A stretch of DNA of 56,682 bases, filler included, from Platydemus manokwari (lineage: Eukaryota): the NCBI GenBank assembly GCA_037951405.1. It is 5 parts of 5 records of this genome, joined end to end, with 100 filler letters (N's around TTAATTAATTAA, not from the genome) between each part and the next. Parts side by side here need not be neighbours in the genome. Positions count along the whole stretch, not along the records: positions 39,932 to 56,682 come from JBBMOY011146993.1; 4 more parts are not named here. One strand, given 5' to 3'. This document shows, one piece after another, positions 40,589 to 54,193 of the stretch. The notes under the pieces are model-generated. The model saw nothing but the letters and a program-made list of their open reading frames with translations. It was not told the origin of the DNA and ran no database searches. The stretch's first letter is position 1. Every line of letters begins with the position of its first letter. The position numbers and the translations under genes are program-made.

Positions 40589-43500
40589 TTAAGTATCTCG
40601 TGAAACACTAGAACCTTGTCTTCGACTCTGTAAAAATAAATTTCAATTTTATATTTTATAACCCATTTCAATAAGTTAATTTCCAATTTATAAATCCAGA
40701 TTAATGCAAAAATATATTTATGTATTTGAAAAACTTCATTATTGTTGATACAATTATTATTTTACTTTTTAAACAATGAAAGGCTTTAAGAATTTTAAAA
40801 ATAAAATTTAAATGTGACATAACAATAATAAAGTACCGAAGCAGAAACCGAAAGAGTCGTAGCTTTCAAGGTTGTGCCAGGAGCCAAACTAGCTCCTCGA
40901 CTTGTTGAAACCGAACTACGATTTTTGGTTCGTAACTTTTGTAATGCTTGTTCGGCCTGATCAGCTCTCTCCTCAGAATCTTCAATTTCCTGTTGAATCT
41001 TTCTATACTTGGCCAAATTGACAGCCGCAATCTCTTCAGCTTCTTCAACTTGCCTTTTATACGTTTTGATTTTACCTTGAAGTTTCTCTACAAGATCTTG
41101 TAGTCTTTCCTGATTCTTTTTATCCTCATCTGACTAGAAATCGAAGGTAGTTTAAAAATTACAGTTCAAATTCTTTCATACTTGCAGTGCAATCTCTTTA
41201 AGTCGTCTTTCGATTTTTCTCGTATTTTTCTGGGTTTCAGTGTGCCTTCTTTGTTCCGCATCAAGTTCAGATTCCAATTCTCGAACACGTTGTTCCAATT
41301 TACTCAAAGCTTTCTTACCACCTTTGAGTGCATTGTTTTCTGATTCATCTAATTTGGCTTGATACTCCTTCACCTAAAATTTTTAATTAATATTCAAATT
41401 GTATTTAAATTGTTAAATGATTAATTGGTACACTTATCAATCCAATTTATTTACCTGAGCTTCTAATTGTTTCTTGATTTTGTCCAACTGTTGTGCATGT
41501 TCTTGTTCTTGTCTCACTTCATCAAACAATCTTGAACTGTCGGCAACTGCTTTTTTCATTTGTTCAGTGGATTGTCTTGCTTCATTAGCTGCTTCTTCTA
41601 AATCGCTCTAAATAGTAAGTCGTTAATAAATATTCTTAACAGAATTTATTTTGCTGACCTGCATTGCAGCCAAATCGGCTTCTAATTTTCGTTTACTAGC
41701 CATAAATCCAGAACTTTGAACTGCCATCTCATTCAAACGATCTGATAACTCAATCTTTTCATTCTCAACATTTTTCCTGTTGCGCTCTGAATTTTCTAAA
41801 CCAGCTCGTACTTCTTCCAATTCTGAAAGCATGATAGTCATTTTGCGTTCAGTCATTGTCACTTGTTCCCGTATTTGATCCTTTTGGTGTTTTTCATCTT
41901 CAACCTTAAAATAGAATAATAATATATGATTTCAGATTTCCTTTTATATATTTACCATAGCTTGGAATTCTAGCATTTGCTGTTGGAATTTCTTTGCATT
42001 CTTCTCTTGTTCTGACCTTATTCTATTTGCTGTATCTAAAGCAACTTCAAGTTCTCCAATATCGTGCTCGAGTTTCTTTTTCATTTTATTTGCCTCATTA
42101 CGTCCTCTAGTTTCAGCTTCAAGGGAAGCTTCCATAGATTCCATAGCTCGTTGATGATTCACTCTAGTCGCTTCAAATTCTTCATCTTTTTCTGCTAATC
42201 TTCTATCTATTTCTTGTCTCACCTTATAAGGAAATAAGAAATAAAAATAAAGGTATAGATTAAAACATACTTGACTCATTTCTAATTGAGCTCTTTGAGC
42301 TTTAGCTTCTTCTTGTTCGAGTGCTTGTTCTGCTTCTTCTAAGGCGTGTTGTAACTCTTCCTTCTCCATTTCGAGTCTTTTTCGTGCTTTTTCAACCTCA
42401 TGGACACTACGACCTCCTTCGCCGATTTGTTCTGTTAAATCATGGATTTCATCTAAATATTTTAATGAAATTAATTTGGATAAATTATTGTGATAAAATT
42501 TCACCGGCTAAGTTTTTATTTTCCCGTCTAACACTTTCTAATTGTTCATGACTTTCTTCTATTTGAGCTTTCATGCGGAAGATTTCAGCTGAAATGCTTC
42601 TGCTCTCTCTTTGGGAAGCCTCCAATTCTGATTGAGATTCTGCATATTTCTGTTGCCATTCTGCAATAACTTTATCGAAGTTCTTTTGCTTCTTCTCTAA
42701 TTGAGATGCCAATGCATTTGCTCTGTCAACATCAACCAACATGTCTTCAATTTCTCCTTGTAATCTAGCTTTAGTCTTTTCCAATTGTGCGGCTTTAGAC
42801 CTTGCTGATTCAGCCTGAAAGAATCATATTTATAAAAATTATTATGCCAATAATTTTCTATAAATTTTAATATTTTCACTGAGAGTAATAAGATCTATAA
42901 ACTATTAAGATAAATATCTCTAACAAAAATTAACCAAAAAATATGAATGAAAACATCAATTATTTATATTTAATTCATCTTACTTCTTCTTCCAGTTCAT
43001 GAATTCTACCCATAAATTTACGTTTGGCTTCATCTAATTCTTCTGATCTAACTGAACCTGCACCTTCGAATTTAGACTTCATTTGTTGCATCTCATTCTG
43101 AGCTTTTGCAAGTTGTCTCTGTATATCACTCTTGTTTTCAGCTTCTTCTTCCAAAGCTTCTCTTAAATTATCCAAATCAGCATTCAAATTGCGAATATCT
43201 CCATTCAATTTAGCCTTAACCTGAAAATTCAATGATAATCACCACACTTGTTTCATTCATAAATTTACTCGAGCTTCATCATCTAGATTTAGTTTTGCTT
43301 CCTCCAATTGTGCTTGTAATTGTTGTTTAGCTTTATTTAATTGGTTAATTTGAGATTCTGCTTCTTCTAAACGTGCTTGTAACTCATTGTTTGATTGTTG
43401 ATTTTTTGCTGTTGCATTATTAGCATCGTTTAGATGACGATTGGCATCTTCTAATTTAGATTGGAACTCCCCATTCTGGTTTTCCAATTCTTTGATTTTT

Positions 43501-46500
43501 TTATCGCTATTAGCCTGCATATTTGACGTAATATTAATTACAAATTTATGAAAACTTTTTATAAAATAACCTTTGCTTTATTCAATGCCTCTAGTTGTCC
43601 CTGGAGATCATTAAAATCTTCTCTCATTTCATTTTTCTCTTTTTCAACTCTAAAAATAAATTATGATGAAATCAAATTAATTAATTTTTCAATGATATTA
43701 TTCCAATAATTTCTAGTCTCTGAAATAAAATCGTGTTTTTAGAAAATTCTAAAAATCATACTTGGCTTTGGCTTTTTGTAACTGGTCCAGTTGATCGGAA
43801 AATTCATTAACCACGTCTTGTTGCTTCTTACGTGCTTGGGCAATAGCTTGATCGTGCTGCATATTAGATTCTTCCAAATCTCTCTTGAGTTTCATTAATT
43901 CTGCTTCTCTCTTTTTGTTAAGCTCCATTTGGGCTGATGTTGCTCCTCCTTGTTCTTCAAGTCGATCGCTTAATTCTTCTAATTCACTTTCAAGCTTAAG
44001 TGTTAATAAAGATCATGAGTAAACTTAACTATCATTTCAACTTTATATACCTGATGGCGACTCTTTTCTGCCTTTGATCTAGCCTGTCTTTCTGCTTCAA
44101 GGTCTTCTTCAAGTTCTTGAATTCTCGCCTGAAGCTCCTTAATCTTCTTTTGAAGTTGAGCAACTAATCCAGCCTCATCTTCCATTTTTGATGAAGCATT
44201 ATTTAACTCCATTTCTTTTCTTTTGAGCTGTTCCTCCAATTCTCTTTTAACTCTTTCGAGGTCATCTACAGTTTCTTGAGTTTGTTTAAGCTCATTCTCA
44301 ACCTTCCTTTTAACCTTTTCTACGTCAGCTCGCAGTTTCTGTTCTCTCGCCAAATTCTCTTCCATCTGAAATGATATTATTTTGAAATGGAATAAAATCT
44401 TAAGAAGTATTTACCTCATCAATTGTTTGTTCCAATTTGGCTTTTACTTTATTCAAATTTTTCACCTTTTCTTCTTCAGCAGCCAATGATTCCTCAGTTT
44501 TCTTTTGCAATTCATCAGCAGCCTTTTTCTCTTTTTTCATTTTGTTCATGTCCTCTTCCTGTCTAGCTATTTGATCCTAATGAATAAAATTAATACATTA
44601 ACCACCATCTTAAATCTTGAAAGATTTAATACTAACCTGTAGTGTCCTAATTTGTTGATCTTTTGCGGTTTTCTCTTGCTCTGCCTTTTGTAATGAAGAT
44701 TCCAAATCAACAACATCTTTTTTCAACTCTTCAATTTCTCCTTGAAGTTTTTTCTTGTTCTCTTCCAATTCTGCAGAAGTATCTTCTTCCTCAAGTAGAT
44801 GATCTTCTAATTCTTTGAGTCGTCCCTCCATATCAGCTTTCTGGAGAACTAATTTCGATACTTTTTCTTCGGCATCAGCTAAACTATCTTGTTCGGTTTG
44901 TAATTGAAGGAATAAATCATTTTTAGCTTCCAATAATTTAACATTCTGCTCTTCGAGCTCTTTCTTATATTTTTCAACTTTCTCGAATTCTTCCTTTAAC
45001 TTTGCCAATTCTTCAGCGGCCTTTTTCATTTCTTCTTCTTGTCGAGCAATGTTTAATAGTGGCTTAACTTTAGTGTAGAGCTTCCACCATGCCCATGTAC
45101 GCAAAAGGAGATATTTCCTTATATTTCTTTGGATTATTGACAAAGCAACTCTGAATATTGTTCAATTATTACTATTGATAACAATCACTAAATAGTACCG
45201 TTGATCTTGCAATTTTTTAAATTGCTTTCTCATCAAATATCCTCGAATCTGAGCCTGGAAGAACGATATCAATGAGGACAACTTTTCATCTCTCATATCT
45301 TCTAAATCAGCCAATGTACCAGCTTTGAAAAATATTTTAGTATTTCCCAATCTATAGAGATTCTTATCTAATTGAACAGCTTCGAGAATTTTGCTTGTCA
45401 CTTGTTTGCCTTCTACAAATCCCTGAGGAATAGCATTTGGAGCCAGAATAGAATACCTACAAAATATTAATTATTATTTAAAATATTAAGTTATCTTCGT
45501 GATGTGATTACCGTTGCTTGAATTCAGAATAAATCATTCTATTTGGAAATCCTTTTCTGCAAATTCTTATGCCTTCTAAGACACCATTACAATGCAATTG
45601 ATGCAAAACCAAATGAGCATCAATAACTCCTGAATTTATACACATTATTACAGATATTTATTTTTCCGTATATTAACCTGGTTGTTTAAATTCGTTTGGA
45701 ACGATACATCGGATAAAGTGTGGGCTGGTGCTTTGCAAATTTTTCATTAATTTGTTCAACGATTCCTATGTTTTTAAAAAATATTATCAATCAAATAACA
45801 ACCACGGATCCTCAATTAATCAAATTACAAGCAAATATCAAGATCATGCAACGATAAAATTACATTCCATGAAAATCTAATCAAAGAATCCTACGAGAAT
45901 CTAAACTAAAAAAACAAATAGCATCGAATGAAATTTCTAATCTAATCTATTGAACTACTGGAACAAAATAATTAATTTAACCACTACCCTATGCGTTGCG
46001 GAAATAGTCTGCATAGCCCCACCCTTTTTCCTTTTACCCGCACTACTTGCATCTACAATTGTATCAATTATTATAATTATATCACCAAATTATTCATCTT
46101 TAAATGAAATCTATGCTAATAAAATACAACAACTAACTAGTAAAAGGGAAGAATTGATTACAAAGGGAAATAAAATCATGTAAATTATCGTTTCAATAAA
46201 TAAAGATCGATAGAATATCAGAATTAATTTTTAAAACAATTTTAATTGTTAAAATATCTGATCTCTTAAATTATAGAAACGATAATTTATGGCTAGAAAC
46301 AATTAGTAAGTCTAAGTATTGTTTAAATTAATGTTCAATTTTTTATTCTTATGAATAGTCAATCCAGATTATTGTAATCTCTTCTTTGGAGAAATCTGGT
46401 AATTTTTCATGTTTTATTTACAAACAATACAGAACAACAATATCGATTTTTCATTTCTATTTTATTGGATAATTTTTTGAATTCAAATCGATCATACAGT

Positions 46501-49500
46501 AACAAGAATTCGATTTTGTGCTGTTAACACATGGTTTCAGTATTAAACATTTTTTGCAAAATATTATTCGTAATCAAGTGATCTAAGGACGACTTTTCAA
46601 TCGATTTGAATTTAATTTTTTTTTTAATTTATGAATAAAATCAAATCAATATTTTATGGTAACTGAGGTCTATTTCTACAGAATATCTAAATTCCTACTC
46701 AATTATTACCGATTTATATCTTACCATGATCTATCGATCTGAAAAAATAGCAATAAAATGATAAAGGCGATCAGGCAAAATCAAACCCAAATCAGATTAT
46801 AAATATATCATCAATATATTCCAAACAATAAATAGAACCGATTTGATATTATTAATAATTATAATAAATAATAAATATTGCATAACACTGGATCAGAGTG
46901 GTATATTTATTTTACCCGGTGCATGTATGACACTGTCATGAATGAACCACCCTTTTTCTTTTTACCAGCAACGCCGTCATCTGTGATGATGAGAATTTAT
47001 TAAAATATATACAAATATTTCTGTTTGAAAAATCTTTTTTTTAATCGTCTTTTTCAAATTTTTCGTTTTCAAAAAAAACTATATTTTACACAACATACCT
47101 TCCGCTGGAAGAAACAAACTCGAAACCAATGCCTCTTTACTAGCTGCCAAGAGATTTATAACAGTTTCATTTAGAGGATCTTTATTCTTTTCAAGCCAAC
47201 CAGTCAAATTGTATGGCACCTGTTAAATGTTGATATCAATGTCAGTATATTCACAATCAATATTTCTCATAAAATCCTTACACTTCCGGCATAATGATGC
47301 AATTCAAAATGAGCTTCTCCTTGTCCGGGTTTCGGTGGTTTTGGTTTACCGAAATTTGGACTCTTTCCAAGATGATTATCATACAATTTGGCCTTGAATG
47401 TCATGTCAGAAGCTTTTGGAAACATGCACTCTTCTTCAAGGATCGATAAAATACCCATGGGCTAAATGAATGATAAACTATTGAATCAATGCGATACCAA
47501 TGATTAAATCTTGCCTTTTCAATCAACTCAATACACGCTTGCAAATCCATACCGAAATCAATAAATTCCCAATCGATGGCTTCTTTCTTATATTCTTCTT
47601 GTTCCAATACAAACATGTGATGGTTAAAGAATTGTTGCAAACGTTCATTGGTGTAATTGATACAGATTTGTTCAAATCCATTTGTCTAAAAATATGTTTT
47701 CAATCGAAGTACATTAAAACAAAATCCGCCAACATTGAAAATTTCGAAACCCGCAATATCCAAAACACCAATGAAAAATTGTCGTTTCACTTTGGTGTCT
47801 AGAGTTTTGTTCACTCTTGTAACCAACCAAGCAAACATTCGATTGTATAAAGATTTAGCAAGAGCTCCCACCGAGTAAAGAACCTAAACGAATTGATATT
47901 CCAATTAGAAAAATTATATTTCGGTTTGTTTCTTTTTTACTTGATCCTTATTTTGACCTTTCGTTACGTATTCATTGCCGACTTTGACTTTCGGTTTCAA
48001 TATGGACTGCATCAAATCCTTCGCATTGACTCCTAATAAGAAAGCAACCTTTTCCGCTTCGGCTGTTCCATCGGCTTCAGCTTGTTCTTCTCTAGGTCTT
48101 TGTTTGAATTTCATTTCTCCCATATTCATAATTGAACACGTTGCTTTGTACAAGCTCATCTTTTCCTCACTAGAAAATCCTAAAATATCGAAAGCTTCCT
48201 GGAAATAACAATATGACAATATGACACGGTTGCAATCGATTCCAATAATAGGCTAACATTCGTCAAATTCATTTCCTCCTCATCGTCGACACCATCGATT
48301 GTCAATTCACCTTGATTAATAAAAGAATAGAGAGCTGGATCAGGAGAAATCAACAATTTGTCTAGAATTCATTAAAGATTTAATGACTGGAATCGTATTA
48401 AACAAGCTTTCATTTACCATGATAATCTTTAGCGCCTTTGGATAAGATTTGATAAAAGATGTGGTAGTTTCTTTCTCCTTTTTGTTGTGAATTTACTCTC
48501 GATTTTTCCAACAGATCTTGATTAAAAAAAATATTAATAATAAAAATATTAATAATATTATAAAAATATTATTTTGAAAAATTAAATAACTATATATAAA
48601 AACGATAAATAAACCAAAAATTTTATACAGTGATTACAATAACCATTTGTTGATTAATATGATTAAAAATCACTTACAAAATTCAATATCAGCACCGGCA
48701 ATCTTTCCACTTGTTCCGAAATGAATACGAATAAATTTACCCTAAACGATTCATTGTTTAGTGGATATCAATAATAATTTTGATTAATAATTTTGTTATT
48801 CATCTCGTAAATCTGTTTTTCATTTTGAAGTGCATGAGGAAATTGTAGCTGTATTTCTTATCAGACTGGTGAACTGGGTGTGTGTGTGGACAAGTATGTA
48901 TGTTTGTACGATATTGGATACCAAGTGAACCAAGCCACCACTAGTTCATACTCGCTAGTTTACCTAGATATGCCACGTTGAATGAACAAAATTGTCCAAA
49001 TATAGTCATGTAAAAAATCAACTACACATGTTCGATTTGGCGAAAAAATGAATTTGTGAATGCATTGCTTTAGGGATGTTTATTATTTTTTATGAAATCT
49101 AAAATATGTTACTAAAGTAAATTACTTACAAATCGAGAGGAATTGTTGTTTCGGACAGTTTTTGCATTTCCGTAAGCTTCTAAGACTGGATTTGCTTGAA
49201 CAATTTGGTCTTCTAAAGTTCCCTAAATTTAGATAAATTCAACTGATATCGTATAAATAATTTATTATCGAAATTATGTTAGAATGTATTTTTAAAATTT
49301 TAAGATTGATTTATAGGAGCAATTTAAAATATATATATATTATATATTAACCATAATATATTAATTATTATGATGTTGAATAACATGTAAGACTATTAAA
49401 ATGGAATACAAACCATAGTTATTAAATTACACACCGAATAAATATTTTTATAGTTATTCAGTAAATAAATAGTCATTATATATTTCTTTTCCAGAATTGT

Positions 49501-50611
49501 GGTTATAAAATTTAAAAATCAGAAAACTTAAAACCTTAATGTATTAATTATTACAAGAAATATTAATTTTTGTTTAAAATTTGCTTTATTAGTGAAAAGG
49601 TTTTTATATTTATGATGGTTTTTAATTTTCGAAAAATATTTTTCTGGAGATACACAAGGCTAATAATAATATAATATTATTATTTTATATCTCAGAAATT
49701 CGTAATTCATTATATTTAAGCTAAATTCTAAATTGATATTAAACTCTTTCGTTGTAATTTTAAACTTGGTTTCTACCTTTCTTTTTCCGCCTTCTTCGTC
49801 GTCCTTTTTTGTAGCAGCAGCAACGTGGGCAAAATAAGTGATGACCTTTTTCGTATTTTCAGTTTTTCCAGCACCACTTTCCCCACTAAATATTTGTTTT
49901 AAGTGATTTTCATAAATTTAATATATCAAGTGTTACGTAATCAGAACGGATTGGTTTTCTCGGTCTAAATTAATAAATCGATTTACCTTGGTAATTAATC
50001 GAAATAAAATATTTTACCAGCCAACATATTCGTGTAAGCGTTGTCCGAGATAGAGAATATATGCGGCGGCATTTCAGTTTTTCTTTTACCTTTGTATTTT
50101 GCTATCACTTGAGGTGTATAAATTGGAAAACGTCTGTATGGATTGATAGTAACACAAAATAACCCAGAGTAGGTCTAAAATTCATAATTATGATTAGTAA
50201 CTCACTACAGAAAATGTAAATAATTATACGTAGATTAAATTCTTGAAATATCTTTGTCGAAGATTGTCTAACACACTGGCATCGTTCAAGAAAGTCAAAT
50301 TGGCCATATCTTCAATCATCATGAATTTTGGAGGATTCATTTGCTCGATAAGATCTTTCTTTACAGTCTTTGTCTGATAATGATGATTGATTATATTTTG
50401 AAAATAAATAAGAAATGTTTACTTCGCACTTATCGGTTGTCTTAACGGTCACAATGTCTCCGGCTGTACTTTCGATAATAGCAGCAACGAAACCTTCCTT
50501 TTCGTCCGGAATCCAGCAGTTCTTTTTGCTGTCAAAAGAGTCTCCGAATTCCTTCAACAGAGCTTTTCTGTCTACACCAAGATAGATGAAATCGGGATCG
50601 TTAGTATCCAT
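40589..50611 (-). CDS. Mhc: Muscle myosin II heavy chain, complete, 33 coding exons, ~1955 aa
   Basis: Hand-spliced exons (minus): 50611-50423, 50373-50230, 50174-50018, 49964-49937, 49885-49777 (P-loop GESGAGKT), 49222-49130 (NNNSSRF), 48741-48678, 48516-48418, 48361-48258, 48198-47941, 47883-47734 (DIAGFE), 47685-47515, 47461-47282, 47219-47099, [46980-46916 OR 46052-45988], 45765-45678, 45629-45512 ([20 protein letters not shown]), 45456-45199, 45150-44637 (KVKPLL head-rod junction), 44576-44415, 44365-44051, 43994-43762, 43649-43571, 43514-43269, 43220-42984, 42814-42505, 42452-42271, 42222-41956, 41904-41659, 41607-41455, 41373-41182, 41133-40837, 40627-40589. Phases are consistent and the total is 5868 nt. 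The rod is coiled-coil, followed by a Ser/Arg-rich tailpiece. Confidence 0.97.
45988..46052 (-). CDS. Mhc: Mhc loop-2 alternative exon B ([22 protein letters not shown])
   Basis: 65-nt exon, tag|...|gtagt, with the same phases and length as exon A. Including both exons would shift the frame. Confidence 0.9.
46916..46980 (-). CDS. Mhc: Mhc loop-2 alternative exon A ([22 protein letters not shown])
   Basis: 65-nt exon, cag|...|gtaaa, phase 1 to 0; paralogous to exon B. Confidence 0.9.
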
Positions 50612-50750
50612 AGTTTAAGATTCTTGTAAATTGCTCGAAATAGATAAAGTAAAGAATTTCAAACTGAAAATCAAAGAAATCGTCAAAGTAAAATATAACA
50701 TATTTCATTTGATCGACTTACTTGAAATCAATTTGAAGAACTAGCACGAA

Positions 50751-50785
50751 AATGAAATTTTCCCAATCTGTGACGAGTTTTATAG
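50751..50785 (-). promoter_or_regulatory. Mhc core promoter: TATA box plus initiator
   Basis: Minus-strand TATAAAA at 50784-50778 and Inr-like TCATTT with its A at 50753, 31 nt downstream. A short non-coding exon follows, ending at 50722 (caa|gtaagt), then a 58-nt 5'UTR intron at 50721-50664. Confidence 0.65.
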
Positions 50786-51937
50786 TAATATTTTGTGTGC
50801 CAAATAAAATCAATATTGTTTACATAATTGATTTACCTAGATTCTGCACAACGAAATCTTTTATCATTTGGTACCCGTGTATGTACTGATCTATCTTACA
50901 AAAGGTGCGATTTGGAGATTTTCGGGAAAGAAATCCAACACACTTGATGGTATCGAATATAGTTCATCAAAGCTAAATTTGGTGTTGTCTATGCTATGTC
51001 GATGCTAATTAAATTTGATGACTAACAACGAATCTGGTCAGTAAATCAGTGAAAATTCCTTTTGGTGCATTTCCACGAATGTGCCTAGTCACCCTATTAG
51101 CCGTTGGCAGCACAAATGGCAGAAGAATGATCGTACAAACTTGAATTCTGTTTTAGTTAATCACAACAAATTCAATTTCATGCTGTTAATAAAACTTACT
51201 AAATTATTAACTTATTTTAAGAAAAGGTCCCACTCGAATAACTTTGTTTGACATTTAATTTTATTTTAAATAACAAGTTTTAATATATTTCTAATTTACG
51301 ATTTTCGTTATTTTTCATCTGTCGATGTCTGTAAATGATTCGCAGTAATCGATTTTTTAAAATATCATTACAGTGTTATTAATAATTTATAAGGCTTTTT
51401 ATGAAACCTTTTACGATGTCTGGCATTTTTAGAAATTTTAATTTGTTATTTTAATCAAAGAATTTTCTGTATTTGAATGATGTCTGATGATATTTAGCTG
51501 TCAATTTGCATTTTTTTACGAAGAATTTCCTTTTTCTATCTATCTGATTCTGAGTTCCTCTGAAGACTTCGTTTTAAATCCGTTAAAAATGAAATGATCA
51601 CTATATTATGATTTTTTCGGAAATTATTAATATTTGAGTTATTTTATTGATGAATTGAGAAGTAATTTTAAAATTATTTTTATATAAAATACAAAATATT
51701 CGATCTATCAGCCATTTTCATAAAAAAAAACCATATTATTGCATATTAATGATAAGTGTAAACTTATAAAAGCTTTTAATTAAATTTTATAATCAAATAC
51801 ATTAAATTCACTTTTTATCCACTTATACACCAATTTTCAATAATTATAAACAATAACTGGAAACAAATAAGATATTCTAATGAAATTATACCGTAATTCA
51901 TTTATCGTTCATAATTTTAATTTCTTAATCACGAATC

Positions 51938-52640
51938 TTATGGAAGAAATTCAAGAATGAAGCAACTAAAGAAGATGCAAGAAGATGTGTTGTGGAAACA
52001 TTTGCAATAAAAATGTCAATTACCTACTTAATTGTGGAATTTGCAGGATTTCAAAATGATGATAATGAACAATTCGTCACATTCGAGATTCGAGTTCAAA
52101 AATTGATAGAATCAAGCTTGACGTGTATAACAATTAATTAAAAATACTGTTTCTAACGGAGTGCGAAATAGAGACCTTTAAAAAGCTCTTTTGGCAAACC
52201 CAGAGATTGAAATTCAGTTCTTTGTCAAGTTCTACGAAAGTAGGAAAGTATGATAACAAGTTTCTACTGGTCAAAATATATTTGGGATACAGAGACCTAC
52301 TTTTTCTCAAGTTACAAAACATAAATTTGTTGAGATGAATTTTTGAAGTAAAAGATTTTCACAGCGCACAGAACACTTGCAAAGAAACGAAAGAGGAAAT
52401 CACGAACACAAACCAAGATTCGTGAACTCAAAACCAATAATAGAGAGAAATAATACCAAAGACGAGATCAACCATTACAGCTAATGAAGCATATTGATTA
52501 TACATATTGGAATGAAAGATTTGGCTTGCCGAAACCAAAATACGAAAGATTTCGACCCGGACATTGTTTCTAAAGGAAGTCATTTTAAAAGTCAGTTCTC
52601 ATTGAGAAAGAAATTTCTAATATGCGGAAAAAATGTCATT
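51938..52640 (+). mobile_element. Second degenerate gag copy of the same family
   Basis: WKKFKNEATKEDARRCVVETFAIKMSITYLIVEFAGFQNDDNEQFVTFEIRVQKLIES aligns with ORF 15199-15402 (WKNFKSEDRTEESAKSWFEDTFTIKKSIMNMIVKLANVQQSESKRFATFEIRVHRLIKA). Decayed zinc-knuckle-like GHCF...HFKSQ...ICGK..H near 52555-52640. Confidence 0.65.
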
Positions 52641-53696
52641 TTTTTAAAATAATCACCATAATAGCAAATTTAACATAACTGCTATTTTTATTTGTTCGAT
52701 TTAATATTTTTAATTAATTAATTAATTAATTAATTTAACAGTTTTAACATAATAATTTTTTTTATTATTATGTATAATATTTTTAATTTATCTATTAAAT
52801 ATATGTTATGGTGGGGGTTTTAATATAAATATAGATTAATATACATAGTATTACTCGATGTGCATAGAGAATAATAATGACTTTATTAATATTAATAAGA
52901 TTTATTTAGGATAACGCAAATTTAACAAGATTCAAAAGAACAACAAAATGGGAAAAATAAGCAGCTCATAATAGTAGATTGCTGCTAAATATTCACACGG
53001 GGGATATCTGAAAACCAAAGGAAAACTACTGTTAATAAAAGATTAATTAAATTAATTAATGATTAACCGTTAGTGCTGTTAGATATAATTTAAAAAATTT
53101 ACTTAGTGTAAATGTTAGGGATGTGGACCAGCTAAATTATTAACAATTATTATATGTGACAATCATCAACAATTGACATGATTTATGTATAAAATCTGTA
53201 GTAATTTATAAACAGTATCGTAGTAATTTATATTTGAGTATAAAACATAGGAATTTATTTTGACATGTAAAACTAGTAATTAATATAAATGTATAATGTA
53301 GGAAATTTTATATTTTTATAAGTGTAACATTTTCGTCAAGACAAGTGGAACAATATGTAACGTTTTATAAATGTAACGTTGTATTTTTAGAAACATGGTT
53401 CATAATTCGACTGGGACTTTTTTGTTACAACTTAATTTTCGATACATTTTATAATTGTATCGTTTTTACCATTTTTAGTCTAATTTATTATTCATGTAAA
53501 AAACCAAAAGGCAGTTAATTAAACCAATATATTAGTAATTATATAAAATAATATTGATAATTTATAAAAATACTTGGTTTGGGCATATAGGGAAAAAGGA
53601 AAAGAATATAAAATAAATATTATTAATAATAATATCATATAATAAAATCATAAATATTAAACATTAAAGGGAAATCCTCGGGGAAAAAAATTATAT

Positions 53697-54145
53697 TGTA
53701 ACGAAATAAATCATTAAAGTGTGTAGAATAAAATTCATATGAATAGAGGTTCAAAACATCAGAACTTGCCCATTTTAAGAAGATTTACGAAGCCCATTAT
53801 TTATTTGAAATCACTAGCTCGTAGTGCGTTAAACCTATTTTACGAAGACATCGTTAGAAGCTTGCTCGTCAACAGTATATGTCATTTGCCATTACAAAGT
53901 ATAGTAAGTTCGATTGTTCTGTAAACAACTGATTTATATCTATAGTATTTTATCGTTTATCATCCGACTATAGAGCTGTGTTCAAAAAACACTCTGAAGA
54001 AAGAAAACCTGGCTTTACTCCTACAGTTGGATGTATCTTTTGGTAGAGAAATACTAAGTTATTCTTGAACCAATTTTTATTAGTTGTATAGTGTAGTTTT
54101 AAATTGTGTTTGTTGTCATATATTTAATAAACGTTTAGTGTAACA
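53697..54145 (+). mobile_element. Putative LTR (TGTAAC...TAACA)
   Basis: Preceded by the purine-rich aaagggaaatcctcggggaaaaaaa. Its 3' part (tagttgtata...catatatttaataaac) resembles the end of the 14102-14810 LTR. Confidence 0.4.
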
Positions 54146-54193
54146 AAAGATGAGTTTTTGATCGAGAATTGTCAAAATACATGAGTGTAAAAT

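Noticed and set aside
47500-48208. Plus-strand ORFs overlapping myosin (also 42321-42551 and 45950-46183)
   Set aside because: Antisense shadows of Mhc exons.
48865-48968. GC-richer imperfect hairpin in an Mhc intron (snoRNA/miRNA?)
   Set aside because: Pairing is loose and there are no convincing C/D or H/ACA boxes.
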